A DNA stretch of 64,000 nucleotides from Anthoceros angustus. Taxonomy: Eukaryota > Plantae > Anthocerotophyta. This document shows positions 38,201 through 50,200 of the stretch, one piece after another. The DNA lies in the NCBI GenBank assembly GCA_010909165.1, contig VJWM01000144.1, positions 62,001-126,000 on the forward strand, read 5' to 3'. The position numbers were made by a program, and so were the translations under genes. The notes beneath the pieces were generated by a model. That model was not told where the DNA came from. It worked only from the letters and a program-made list of their open reading frames with translations, and did no database searches. How positions within the stretch are numbered: the first letter of the stretch is position 1; the number at the start of each line of letters is the position of its first letter.

Positions 38201-40649
38201 AAACGCACAACCCTGTTCAATAGTGAATTACCACTTATCATTAGGTGTGATTAGACACATGAAGAAGAATCCTTTAAGAATCTGAAGCAACTCGATCCAA
38301 GTATATGTGTTTCTTCTTTAATTCTCGTGGAGCATCTTTTGAGTCATCGTTGTTGTAGACTAGTCCCCCAAAGCATCATCATTATGCTAGGATAGGCGGA
38401 GATTTTGAAAACGATATTTTTCCTTAGCTTGGAGTTCCAAACCCAATATCTCTTAAGTCCCTTTTGGATTAACTAGTACCTAGGGTGTTTTAGACATCTG
38501 CTATACAAAAATGCACAAAGTTGTCAATTTACAGTGATGAGTAATGAAAATCATGTGGTAATCATGACAATGGGCTCTTATCTTGTGTTTTGTCTTATCA
38601 GCAAATCTTTAAGAATGAAAGGAGAAAAGTTTTTTTTATCTTCATTTTCCACCTTATATCGATTTACATTCTCTTCAGATAATTGTAAGAGACAGCACAA
38701 TTCCAAATAACCTTTTGTATCTTCTTGTTTGTCTTCATCTCAATCAAATAATAAGTGAGTTTAGTACTCATTGTAGAGAGTAAACAAAGATTAAATAAAA
38801 AATAATTTAAACATGACGCTACGGCCAAGGGTGTATACAACACCAACGATAACCATAATATATATTTACACATGAAAAATTTATTAAAAAATAAAAATTC
38901 TAGTATATGTGCCTAATCCTGTACACTGTGATTTGTATGTGTTTCCATGGTGATCTACTGATCATTCTGGATTTCGTATAGACCCAACTGTAAGTTGATT
39001 TTCGTATCTCAAAATTAAGATCCTTCTGTTTGGTGATTATGTTCGCTTAGCTCTACATAAAAAATAGAGCCAAGAGTTATTACTATAAATTAAAAAATAA
39101 ATTAAATACTTCAGTATTAAAGAGTATGCCATGTTTTCCTGTTTCATTTGTTGGACGTCAAAGTGGATATTTTTCAATCAAGACCATTGTATCCTCTTGG
39201 ATATTCTTCACAACATTCGAATGTTGCCTCATTTTCTAAGAAAGAAAAAAATTACTATTAGTGCCAGCAAACAAAAATATAAGAGTTGAAAGCTGTTGGA
39301 AAACTTACCCTTTTAATGATCTAAAACACTTTGGGGAAATTTACAAGAAGTAGGAGGTCATTCTTCATGTTTCTCTTAAACATAGTATGCCCTTTGATAG
39401 CTGCACAGAACAAGAGACTCATCAAATTAGCACAACAAAATATTGAAACATAAAATTAAAAAAAACTACCTTTTTCGATAGTATTGGTTATGTGATCTGG
39501 TGTCAAATCTTAAGTATTATGATACTTCTTCTTTTCAAAATTTGGATACCTCGGATGAACTTGTTTGGGATCCTCTTCTTTAAAATTAAGTTTATTGATT
39601 TAAGACATGGTTCTATCATAACATGGTTCTATGGTATCTTGAAAGCCAAATTGAGGCGCGCTGGCTCCAATTGTCTTCAAACCTAGCATGCTTGCTTTAT
39701 TTCACCATAGTGTGTCGACTCTGAGACACGACTAAGCCATACTTTAAGCCACACATTTTTTAAGACATGGTTATATCATAAACGACATGGTTTTGACATA
39801 ACATGGTTCTTGGCCTATGGTAACTTGAAAGCTATGACACATTCATGTGGTAAGAATTGGCTAAAACTGCCACGCTGTGCAGCCTTTAGAAAATGGTAAC
39901 CCAAATCAAGTCCTTGCACATACAAATGTAAGCCACAACTTCTACGGTTGAACTGACAGCAGTTTCGAAATTGTCAAGTAGCAACCTGCCATGAGTAGGC
40001 TGTACAGTGTGATGTTGAACTTGCCAAGCTCCACAACACGATCCTTCCGACCTGCACCCAGTTCAACTAATACAGGCACGAGAATGGCACAGGGCATGGT
40101 ATTGGTGATCCTCTACCCAACCTATGCAACACCATAGCAACAACCTTTTCATGACATGGTATTAGCGACCTAGGTGAAGTGTTCAATGGAAAGGGCTGCA
40201 CTTGGTTAACAAGGACTATGAACGTTGGGTGCAACATTTAATCGTCTCTCTCTTGGAATCCTCCAAGTACCGACCAAGCCTACATGTGAAGCTCTTCTCA
40301 AAGTCTTGTTGTGTATATGACTTCCATAGTTATGAGGGGTGTCTAGCCGACGGTAGGATTTAAGGTTCACTGCAACCTTAACTGCACTAGCCGTTTTGCC
40401 AATTTGAATGTGCTACTTTGGTACAATCCCGGCAACGGCGGATACGTATACTATGGACAGTTCCGATATCATCCGTCTTATTATTCACCTGCACCTGGCG
40501 GTGTGCAGTGCGATGGTGCGTGGTGTGCGATGTGCAGAGCACGATATGGTTTGCGGTGGGGCTTATCCCAAAAGTTCAGGGATTGCTTTGTGGTGGCCTC
40601 TGTGACTCTGTCGCTTTAAACATGGGGTGTTGGAGTTGATATCGCGGTG

Positions 40650-42332
40650 GGGATGGGGTGGAGAAGGTCACGGTTAGGACATGATTTAGGGTTTTTGGTG
40701 CGGCGGCTTGTGATGGGTTGTGTGGAGGAGGTCGCGTTTACTTTATTTTTATTGATTTTTTGAGGTTTATGGTTTCTATTGTTGCTAAACGTAAAACAGT
40801 TAAATATGTTGACAACAGGGTATCAATACCGCTGACTAGATTACGTAGTATTGAGGATAAATATGAAGACAACAAGGTATATGTATTGGAGACTAGAGTA
40901 TGTAATATTGAGGTGGAGAATATTTCCTTAAGGAAAAATATGAGTCTCTTCTGGCCAAGCACCAATGTTTGGCATGGGACCCGATGATGAGGGGGATGAG
41001 GAGGGGCAGGAGGACGAGGAGGATGAGGTCAATTCCGAAATGGATGATCTTATAGATAAGAGATTTGATAGTTAGGATGTTATCATTAGAAAATTGCACC
41101 TGGATCTTCATTCGGTAAGCTCATGGGCTCTAATCTTGGTAATAACATTGAGAACCACTTGTAGCTGCAAAGGAGTTTCTCAATAGGCTAAAAGTCGATG
41201 TGGTCGTTCCTCGAGCCTCCTGGCTTGGAAAGGATCCTGGTAGAGAACGCATATTGACTATGACTTTTCACTCTATGGATGATCGCCTCCAGGCTATGAA
41301 GACTAGGTCTATGTTACGGACAACTTACAGTCAAACCCCTCTAATTGGGACCCCTATAAATGGGAACCCCCTTTAAATGGGACGCCCGGGCTTACTCCCT
41401 TGAATGTGCTACATGCTAAATGGGAAACCCCTCTAATTTGTAAATGGGAACATGTCTCCCAAACATTCAATGCAAGTACACCTCTGTAAAAGGGAAAATA
41501 CATTTTTTTTAAAAATAAAAAATTGAGGAAATCGTCTTATCTAGATTACGTATATTCCTACAGAGGACGAAATATGGCAAGCATTAATCCCTCCGCCTGT
41601 CAATGAGGAGGGTGAGGAGAATGATACAGCGTCAATGGAGACCATAGCGCCAAGATCGCGTACGACAAAGGATGCTGTAGATAATGCTATGAGGATAGCG
41701 AAGATGTTTTTGGAAGAGATGCCACATAACACTCTTGATGCTTTGAAGTTGCATTCTCAGTTGGAAAAACATATTGCTAGTCATTGGATGAAAGTAACTC
41801 AAAGATCAATCAAGGATTGATGATTATTTTAACCCGGCAAACTAGAATTAGGTTGGCAGCTATGTAGTATGAGGAAACATTTTGGATTTTTTGGAAGCTT
41901 TTAAGCTCTTTCGAATTTTTGATTCAAAGGATTTTTGATTTTTTAAATATTTTTATTTTCAAAAAAAAGATGAAAATGCCTAAACGGGAACCCTCTAAAT
42001 GGGACGATTTTTGCTACTCCCAATTGTTCCCAATTAGAGGGGTCTGACTGTAGTTACATATCAATGAGGATCTTACACCATTACAGTGGAAGCCTAAGAA
42101 GGAGAAGTTACCCGCTTTTAGAGCTACTCGTGTTGCAGGTCAAGTGGCTTTCTTTTGTGGGGATGAATGGGTGGTGTTTAGCCCTCGTTCATGCATTTTC
42201 ATTGACACTGTTGATTGATTGAAGATTATTTGTCTTGTTTGTATTTTATCTTTGCATTCATCCAGACCATTTTACCGTAATCTATGTAATTGCCATATTT
42301 CAATCCCATGGTAGAAATCTTGTTCTTCTTCA
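40650..42332 (+). mobile_element. ORF1-like LINE-related element (copy 2), degenerate, interrupted by a pogo-type insertion; 5' boundary approximate
   Basis: 41150-41327 plus 42053-42330 align to 10-520. Upstream coiled-coil-like LETRVCNIEVENISLRK and acidic linker are consistent with ORF1. Confidence 0.7.
41328..42050 (+). mobile_element. Non-autonomous Tc1/mariner-superfamily (pogo/Tigger-like) element, 723 bp
   Basis: 23-bp TIRs CAGTCA(A/G)ACCCCTCTAATTGGGA with one mismatch; TA on both flanks; subterminal AAATGGGA repeats; internal remnant resembling a pogo transposase C-terminus (QRSIKD..YF). The uninterrupted homologous site is visible at ~200-220. Confidence 0.92.
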
Positions 42333-43277
42333 TGGGTGTGTGCCGTTTTGCCACTTTGGATGTGCCACATTGCATTTCTTGCCAACCCGAGGGCGTATTC
42401 ACATGCATCGTGCGAATACATATGTACGGTATTGCTAGAGAGATACTATTACCCCCGTACAAGGTAAGATGCACATTGCAAAGGTGCAATGTGGAACACA
42501 GTACGTAGTGGGCTATAATAAAGTTCTTTCCTCCTTCCGCATGGCCCCAAAGATTCTTTGGCTTCCCACTTACAACATACTGCTGACTACATGCACCATA
42601 CGGTACTCCTACCACCCATGCGTGTGATGGACAAGCTTCCAGTTGCGATGCCTGACAGTTGCCCTGGCAAAGGCAAGATTTAGCCTCCTTTCTGGACATT
42701 CCCCTACGGAATTCGGATATTCTGAACTGAGCTTCTGCACGAGCACGTGGCAAAGCTAGGCTGTTACTGTTGGCTCCAAGTGGACCCTTCTTTTGCTCTC
42801 AATCTCTCAAGGAACAGACCTAGTCAATGCCCATGGGGATTCGGGGGGCGCGCTTCCAAACATAGCAGCAAGACCAGCGAGGAAAGGCTGAACGAAGATT
42901 CCAGGTGGTGTCATCGATAAGCTGGATATGACAGTATTGCACAGGTTTGTGTTGATAGAGGCTGAATTATTCTAGAGACTCGGCAGTGGCAATGGCACCA
43001 ATGTTTCTCAGAAGGAGAGGTAACAGAATACCGCAATGTGTGATTCTTGTGCTGTGCATGGCATAGCATGACGCCAAAGGAAATATAAAGGTTACAACGC
43101 TAGGGCAGCACCTGCCTTGCACAAGTCATCATCTCTGGTCTGTTCAGACAGGACGTCGCAACAGGAACATAGAACATGCATGCATCTGAGGGTGGTCCCG
43201 ACACAGCATGAGCAATTGCAACCCTCACGGCACTATGCTTCTGTTGCATTTCGACACCTGTGGCTTCCTTGGCTGCA

Positions 43278-43956
43278 CTACCTTTTCATGATCTGGATCT
43301 GTGGAAGCTTGATACCCTTATTCCCCTCGTACCCTGCTCCGTGGAGAACGTCAGCATGCTTGTTTGGAAGGTTTATGGAAGTAGAGGTAATGCCTGGATT
43401 AGGTGAAGAAGATGCTTACCCCGAGAGGGCTCGTAGCCACGGTGCTTCAGCTCCCGGTACTGTTGCGTGAGAGAACAGCACGGACAAAGACAGTCCGCGA
43501 AGAAGTCGTTGCACGGCTGTGCTGGTAGCCCGAATTTTTGACGAAGCCGAGACCGGTACCCGCAAGTGTACAGACACCCGCATCCTGTGCAGGCCTGCAA
43601 GCAGCAGAACAACATGCAGCCTGCACGGCAAGCTGCACTTTGCCATCTTCTCAGCTTTGCATCACATCCATGTAGTCGGACTCGTGGAACATGTGGTCAT
43701 AGCCATTGAAAGAAAAAACAAACAACAGTACTCACATGTGGCTCCTTGATCGAGGATCTCCACTATCCTGCCTACCAGCACGCAAGGGCAGAAACAGCCA
43801 CACAGACCTGAAGCCGACATTGAGAACGTCAGATCTGATGCTTGGATGGAGAGCTTGCAAACAAGGGATTTGAAACTCACATGACTTCCAGTCCTCAAAG
43901 CATCCGCAGAAGCCAGTGTGCCATTTCTCGGAGGATTTGCTGAATGGGAATACCAT
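43278..43956 (-). CDS. PLAC8-family (PCR/CNR/FW2.2-like) Cys-rich protein, 4 exons (alternative upstream ATG at 44058)
   Basis: KWHTGFCGCFED, CFCPCVLVGRIVEILDQG, YTCGYRSRLRQKFGLP..PCND...CPCCSLTQQYRELKHRG. Confidence 0.92.
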
Positions 43957-44323
43957 GGTTGGAGAGCAATGGCCAGCTGCTTCTTCTGGAACGAGCCTCC
44001 TTCGGATTTGTGTTCTGGTGCACACGCCATGGTTGCATCGCAAGCATAAAGGGGGCATTCGAAGTCGGCAATCCGCGTCTTCAACGCCTCGGAAACAGCT
44101 CCCATGTAGCTGCGTCTTGTCGTTTCTGATAACCTCTGCTCTTCATTCTCATTTGACAGGTGTCATCAGGCGGAAGGGGATGCGCATGACCTTGACACTG
44201 AGCAGAGGAACATAACTTCCTCCCGGAAACATGTGCACCCTGTGCTTAGGTTCGGCCAGCCTGCTACCATTGCACTGCACTTCATCTCAGCTCATTGACC
44301 ACCAATGCACAGAATATGAAACC

Positions 44324-46478
44324 ATGGAAGCCCGTCTGTCGTGTGGATTTTCTGACCTGACTGTCCATGTCATGGCCTGAGAAAGGGGCTTACCATCTTG
44401 AAGCCTGTTGCTGAAGTGGTGGATGGTGCTTCCAATGTTGTCATGGCAGATGCGGACCTGCAGTTTGGAATGAGAAGTGTACCTCGGTCTACATTGGTCT
44501 CAACGTCTGCAAGTGAAAGGTATGTTCTCTCCAACGAGGTGTTTGAGTTTTCAGGTGTTTCACTTGTGAGTGTGATCATTGGTGGTGGTGGCAGGGTACT
44601 TGTGTTCCTGACTGGCTCGAGTTCGTTCCGGTTGTGCCATTTACAGGAGCTCAATGACATCCATGGATATCTGTCCGTTTGAGACTCTTCGCAGGGAGGG
44701 AAGGCTAGACCAGGTTCTACCCTTGCTGGAGGACATGGACCACCAGGGAAGTGTGCCTTCAGTGAACATGTACCAGAGGCTACTGCACGCTTGCACAAAA
44801 AGGAAAGCACTGGATGAGGCCAAGCATGTCCATGCTCATATGGCAAAACATGGGTGGGAGTCTAACAATTTCTTGGGAGATCTTATGATCACCACGCTGG
44901 TTAACTGTGGGAGCTTCAGGGACGGGCTAGAGTTATTTCGAAGGCTGTCGTAACGAACAGTTTACTCGTGGACAGCCATTATCTCAGGATAGGACAGTTC
45001 TGGACAATCTCGTAAGGCTCTGTCATGCTATGAACAGATGCAACAAGGAAGGCGTGCAGCCCAATAACTACACATTTGTTAGCCTGTTGAAAGCATGCAG
45101 CAGGTAGGAGGACCGCTCGCAAGTATGGGTTTGAATCTGATATCTATGTCGGAAGCGCTTTGGTTAATATGTATGGTAAGTATGGGAGCATCAGCGAAGC
45201 ACGGCAGGTCTTTGATGGACTGTCCCAGCGCACTGTAGTATCGTGGAATGCCATGCTTTCCGCATATGCTCAACATGACCAAGGAGGAAAGGCGTTAGAC
45301 ATATACCAGCAAATGCAAGCCGAAGGGGTAAGGCCAGATGTCCGCACCTTTGTGGGTGCTGTCCAAGCATGTGGCAGCTCTGCAGAACTGGAACAAAGTG
45401 CAGTTGTAGAGCGGGATAGTGTGAAAGTGGTGTCTCTGCGGGAAGGCAGAAATGTACATGCTAGAGCTAAGGAGAGGGGTTTTGATGCAAATGTGTTTCT
45501 TGGTAGCTCGTTGGTTAGTATGTATGCAAAATGTGGGAGCATCAAGGATGCAGCTCAGGTGTTTGGAAGATTGTCCAAGCGCAATGTGGTTACATGGACT
45601 GCCATGATTCAGATATGTTTCTGGGTAGCAGTTTGATCAATACGTATGCAAAGTGTGGAAGCATCCAAGAGGCCGAACAGGTGTTTGAGAGACTATCCAA
45701 TCGGAATGTAGTTTCATGGAATACCATGATTGCAGCATACGCGCAGCAGGATCAAGGGGAAAACGCTTTGGAGCTTTTGCCCAGATTGAAGTTCAATGCG
45801 TGAGGGCGAATGAGGCAACCTTGCGGTCTGTGTTGAAAGCATGCAGTAGTACAGGAGCTTTGGACACCTGTGCACGCATCCACCGGACTCTTGTCGGGGG
45901 TGATTTGGAGTTCAGTGTGTCTTTGCCGACAAGTCTGATCCAGGCGTATGGCAAATGTGGTAACATGGTCGAGGCTCAGCGTGTTTTTGACTTACTGCCT
46001 CAGCCTGACTTGGTATCATGGAATGCATTACTAGCCGGATATGCTGGCCTAGGAGGTTTTGAGATGTTGATCAGCGCTTTCAGCAGGTGCGTCAAACAGG
46101 AGTTAAACCAGATAGAGTCACATTTTTGGCTCTCCTCACTTCCTGCAGTCATGCTGGCATGGTGGACAAGGGATTGGAATACTTGAATGCATGACACGAG
46201 ATCATGGCACCCCTCCAGAGCTGGAGCATTACTCATGTATGATTGATCTTTTTGGCCGCGGAGGGCTCTTGCGCAAGGCAGAAGAGTTGCTCGTGCAGAT
46301 GCCTATGCAGCCTGATCTGCCAGTGTGGTTATGTTTGCTGGGTGCCTGCCGAAAGCACGGGGATGTGGTGCTGGCAAAGCGTGCCCTCGATGGTGCCTTT
46401 CATCTGCAGGAAGAAAAATCCTTCTTCCGATTAGGTTCAATTATGATGAGACACTCGTCAGCATCCTTCAGCAGCTAA
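44324..46478 (+). pseudogene. PLS-class PPR gene with E-domain remnant; multiple stops, frameshifts and deletions
   Basis: Repeated LVNMYGKYGS..EARQVFD...VVSWNAM motifs and HYSCMIDLFGRGG...WLCLLGACRKHG. In-frame TAA at 44951 and TAG at ~44989; several frame changes. Confidence 0.9.
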
Positions 46479-47259
46479 GTGGAAGATGCAGGTTTCCGTA
46501 TGGTTCAGCCTAGGAATTGAGACAACACTTGTTCCAAGTCCAGCCTAGTCTACAAACCCTGCAACACCACACGAAACCAAGGATGTCGTGCGGCACCGAG
46601 CCCGAGGACTGACACGCTTCGCCATTACTTCTTTGTGATAGGCGTCCTCTGTCGGCCTCGACATTATAGACCCAACAGCCCGTCTCACCACCTTCGTGAC
46701 TATTAGGTGACACGGTTGTACACGCAGAACATCAATTGGTTGGGAGACACGTCTGTACACGCAGAACATTAATGGGTTGCTGAGGCGGCAGCGGCTATCA
46801 CTATAATTCAACACCCGTCGGAATTGATTGCTGCGTTGGATGTTGAATCACAAATTGCCAATGCCGCCGGCGTGTTCTGAATCGTCTCCCCGTTCACCTT
46901 GTTGCGGATTGCACAAGCAGACAGCGACGCCTTCCTTTAGCCTCTCGCCCAAGAGAGAACTTTTAATGGTAGCTCGCGGACAGTGAGAATTTCCGGTCAG
47001 CTTCCAGCCTTGTGCTGAGCTTACTCTTGTCCTCCCTTCGGCGCCAGTGAGTTTTCACTTGAATTGTGATTAGGGGAACATCGCTTCTGTTGTGATAGGT
47101 TGTTGTCCTCGCAGGCGTGTCTGGAGTTGGCAGTAGCGGCATCTGAGGTAGGTCGTTGAGCGCTTGATCCATGTTGGAGATGACGATGGTCCCGTCGTCC
47201 AGGGGGCGATCGACAAGACGATAATCGTTGATCCCAGGAACAGAGGTTCGGGCATCATC

Positions 47260-50200
47260 ATGGGAGGATATCCGATGTGGGTGGAGGGGGCGTGTGAAGG
47301 GAGCGACGGCGAGATTGCCACTCCCGCATGGCCTGACACCGAAAGCGGTCTAGCTGACTCAGGGAACTTCAGGTCGGATTGCAACGCCACGGGAGCTGAA
47401 ACTGCACAACCGAGGTCGTTGGAAGATAATGGGGAGGCGATTGGAAGTGTGTACATGACTCGGAATGTCATGGAGGAGGTTGCGCATGCGAAGGTATTTC
47501 CTGACGGTAGCAGCGGTGCAACTTCGAGGGATGTCGAGGGGCCGACACTGCATAGGCTCATGCGTGTGAGGGCCGACAAGTTGGACCAGAGCTTTGTGAA
47601 GAAGATAATCTTGCCTCCGGATGGTATTGAGGGGTTCTGCAATGACGTCAGGTTCAACTCAGCGGCATGTCGTGATGGAACGACGCTGCTGGATTTCGAC
47701 GCCTTGAACAATGCGTCTGCCCACGTCGTGGGACTGTATGGGAGTAAGAAGGTTCTCGCTCGAGTTTTCTCCAAGCTTGGGTTTCATACTGTCGTGTCCT
47801 CGATGCTGGGCTGTCTTGATGTAGGGATTTATGGCTTTCTTCATCAGGGAGTATTGTTCCTTTTGTATTGGCATGAGGGTGAACGAATGCTGAAGGCCTC
47901 GAGGAAGGATGTGTCTTGCAACTTCATTCGTTATCTGGCGGACTTATGTGCGACTGTCTACATCTGCCTGGAGGATGAAAATGATGTGGACTTGTCTCTC
48001 ATGACCTCGGGGCGGTCTACTGCTGCTGAAAAGCAGCGTACGCAGAGGCTGGAGATATCAGTGGTCAGGCAGCCAGAGAACAGTGTGAAGCTGCGGAAGG
48101 GCTTTGACAACCTTAAGCGTCCTCTGTGCCTTCCAGGGAAGGAGCCAGGCAATATCGGCACATCTTCCTGCTCGGGGCCTAGTTTCAGACTTGCTGGCGG
48201 TCTTCACCGTTGCGCATTTCTTTCTGCATCAGTAGTCCCTCCTAAGAAGATTCGGACGTTGCAGAAAAAGACACTGGACATTCAAAGCTTGGCAAAGGTG
48301 GTTGAGGAGTGGTCTGCCTCCTTCAATCTTGACGTTACTCAACTACCTTACCGTGAACTTTGCCTGTTTCTAGAACATGCTGGTCTTGAAGGGAGCAGAG
48401 ACTTGCCCTTGCTCAGGGAGTCCTTCGAAAGAAGAAGAACGCATTTTCAATTTGCAGAGTTCTTCGAGTCACACAAGTTACAAGAGCGGGAAACGATGAT
48501 GAGAATCTTTGACAGGGCTCAAAAAACGTACTTGCAGCTTTCCCACTCACAGACTGAGCATGCGAGTCACTCTGTCCTCCCTGCTCGCTCCCTGTACATG
48601 CTGAGGTCTACGTTCTTGACACCGAGCGCGGAAGATCTTGTTCAGACAGAAGCTGCCCTGGTTAACATTTGGACAGGTGATGGTGGCCTTCAAGGAGGAA
48701 CAAGTTCTGCATCTTTTATTTTTGTCGGCACAAAGTTCCGTATGCATATGATCAAAGGGGCCCACTGGACCAATGGGGAGTTCCGCGTGCATCGCATTTG
48801 CTCAAAACGGTCTTCAAGTTCGGCGGGGCCTATCCTTTGTGGGGAGGTATTTGTGGCCAGGCCCACAGGTGCTGGAGCAGATATCAAGGTAACATGCAAG
48901 GCTCTGAACGAGGATTGCCCCGAAGGTCCAGTGTTAACGTCTCGTCTTATGAATGTCACCATTCAGAATGTGAGTAGCCAAAATGGAAGGAGTGAGGACT
49001 TGGAAGTGATGCTTAGTACAGGAGGACCATCAGGCGAAGGGATGCTGGCATGGATGGAGTCATATTGCAAGCCTGCTGTGAACATAATGCAGGAAGGGTT
49101 CGATGTTGTGAAAGAAGTTTTTTTTCTTACTGCCCAGAGTGATGCTATCCTTTCTCGAGTTCTAAAAGATGTACAGGGGATCCTCAGTTCGTCTGAGCTT
49201 CTCAACCAATTCAAGGAGCGATTTTCAAAGCAAGCTCTGGCGCAGTTGAAGAAGGAAAGCGCAGTGAATATCGACTCAAAATTCCGCTCCGTTGCCCCAG
49301 AAGTCGAGGAAGATTCCCAGGGACTGATCGTATCAAAGGACCCCCAGCAGTGGAAACCACTGCGGGAGCTGTTGCGAAGGGTTTCTGATGAAGCCTGTGC
49401 CGAAGTTTCACGCGCAGTAGAGGAAATGGTGAAGAGAGAACTATGCCCCATGTTGTGGACGAAGATAGAGTTTGAAGCAAAGCGTGATGCCAACCGCTTG
49501 GAACAGTCCTTTGAAAAGGGGGAAAGGCAATTAGTGACCAGGTTACAAGAGCAGCTACTTGGGGGGACACGTCGAGAAAATTGTCTGTCCGTCCGAAGGT
49601 GCATCTTCCAGCGTGGTCAGAGAGAGTCCTTCATTGCTAAAGCTCTCACTTTTGTTTCACGTCGCAGCTCAGAAGGTGAAAGCTGTGACAAGCTGGAGGT
49701 TCATTTTGAGTCAGAAGAACAAACAGACAGTCAGCGAATCGCCTGGAATATTGAAGAGCTTACACCAATGAAGAAGGATTTGGACGCTTCCATGTGCAAT
49801 TACGGGCACCTCATCATCCCAAAGTGTTCTCAAAACTACAGGTTGATCGAGGTAGACCCAAACTCAGAGAGGCTATTTCAAGTGGTTGCGGTGAAATCCG
49901 GTGAAGTTTTAGTGTTCGTGGAGGATCTTAAACAGCCAGCACTTCATCTCTTCGTGCTCCCGAGGCTGGGAGTAGACATAAAAGGCATGAATCCTGTGAA
50001 GACCTTCAAGAGGGGTTACGACATTGTGGCAGTGGATGAAGTATCCAAGCTTGTTGGCTTGTATGATAGGGAAATTGGCACAATCGCCATCCTGCGCCTT
50101 GACAAATCATTCCATCACTCGGACTGGTCTGGAGTTACCTTGAATCTCTCGGGGTACTCCGAAATTAGGATTTTGACTTCTATGTCCTTCATCCCTGGCC

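Noticed and set aside
44951-44991. PPR stop codons rescued by U-to-C RNA editing
   Set aside because: Such editing is organellar, and the gene also has frameshifts and deletions.
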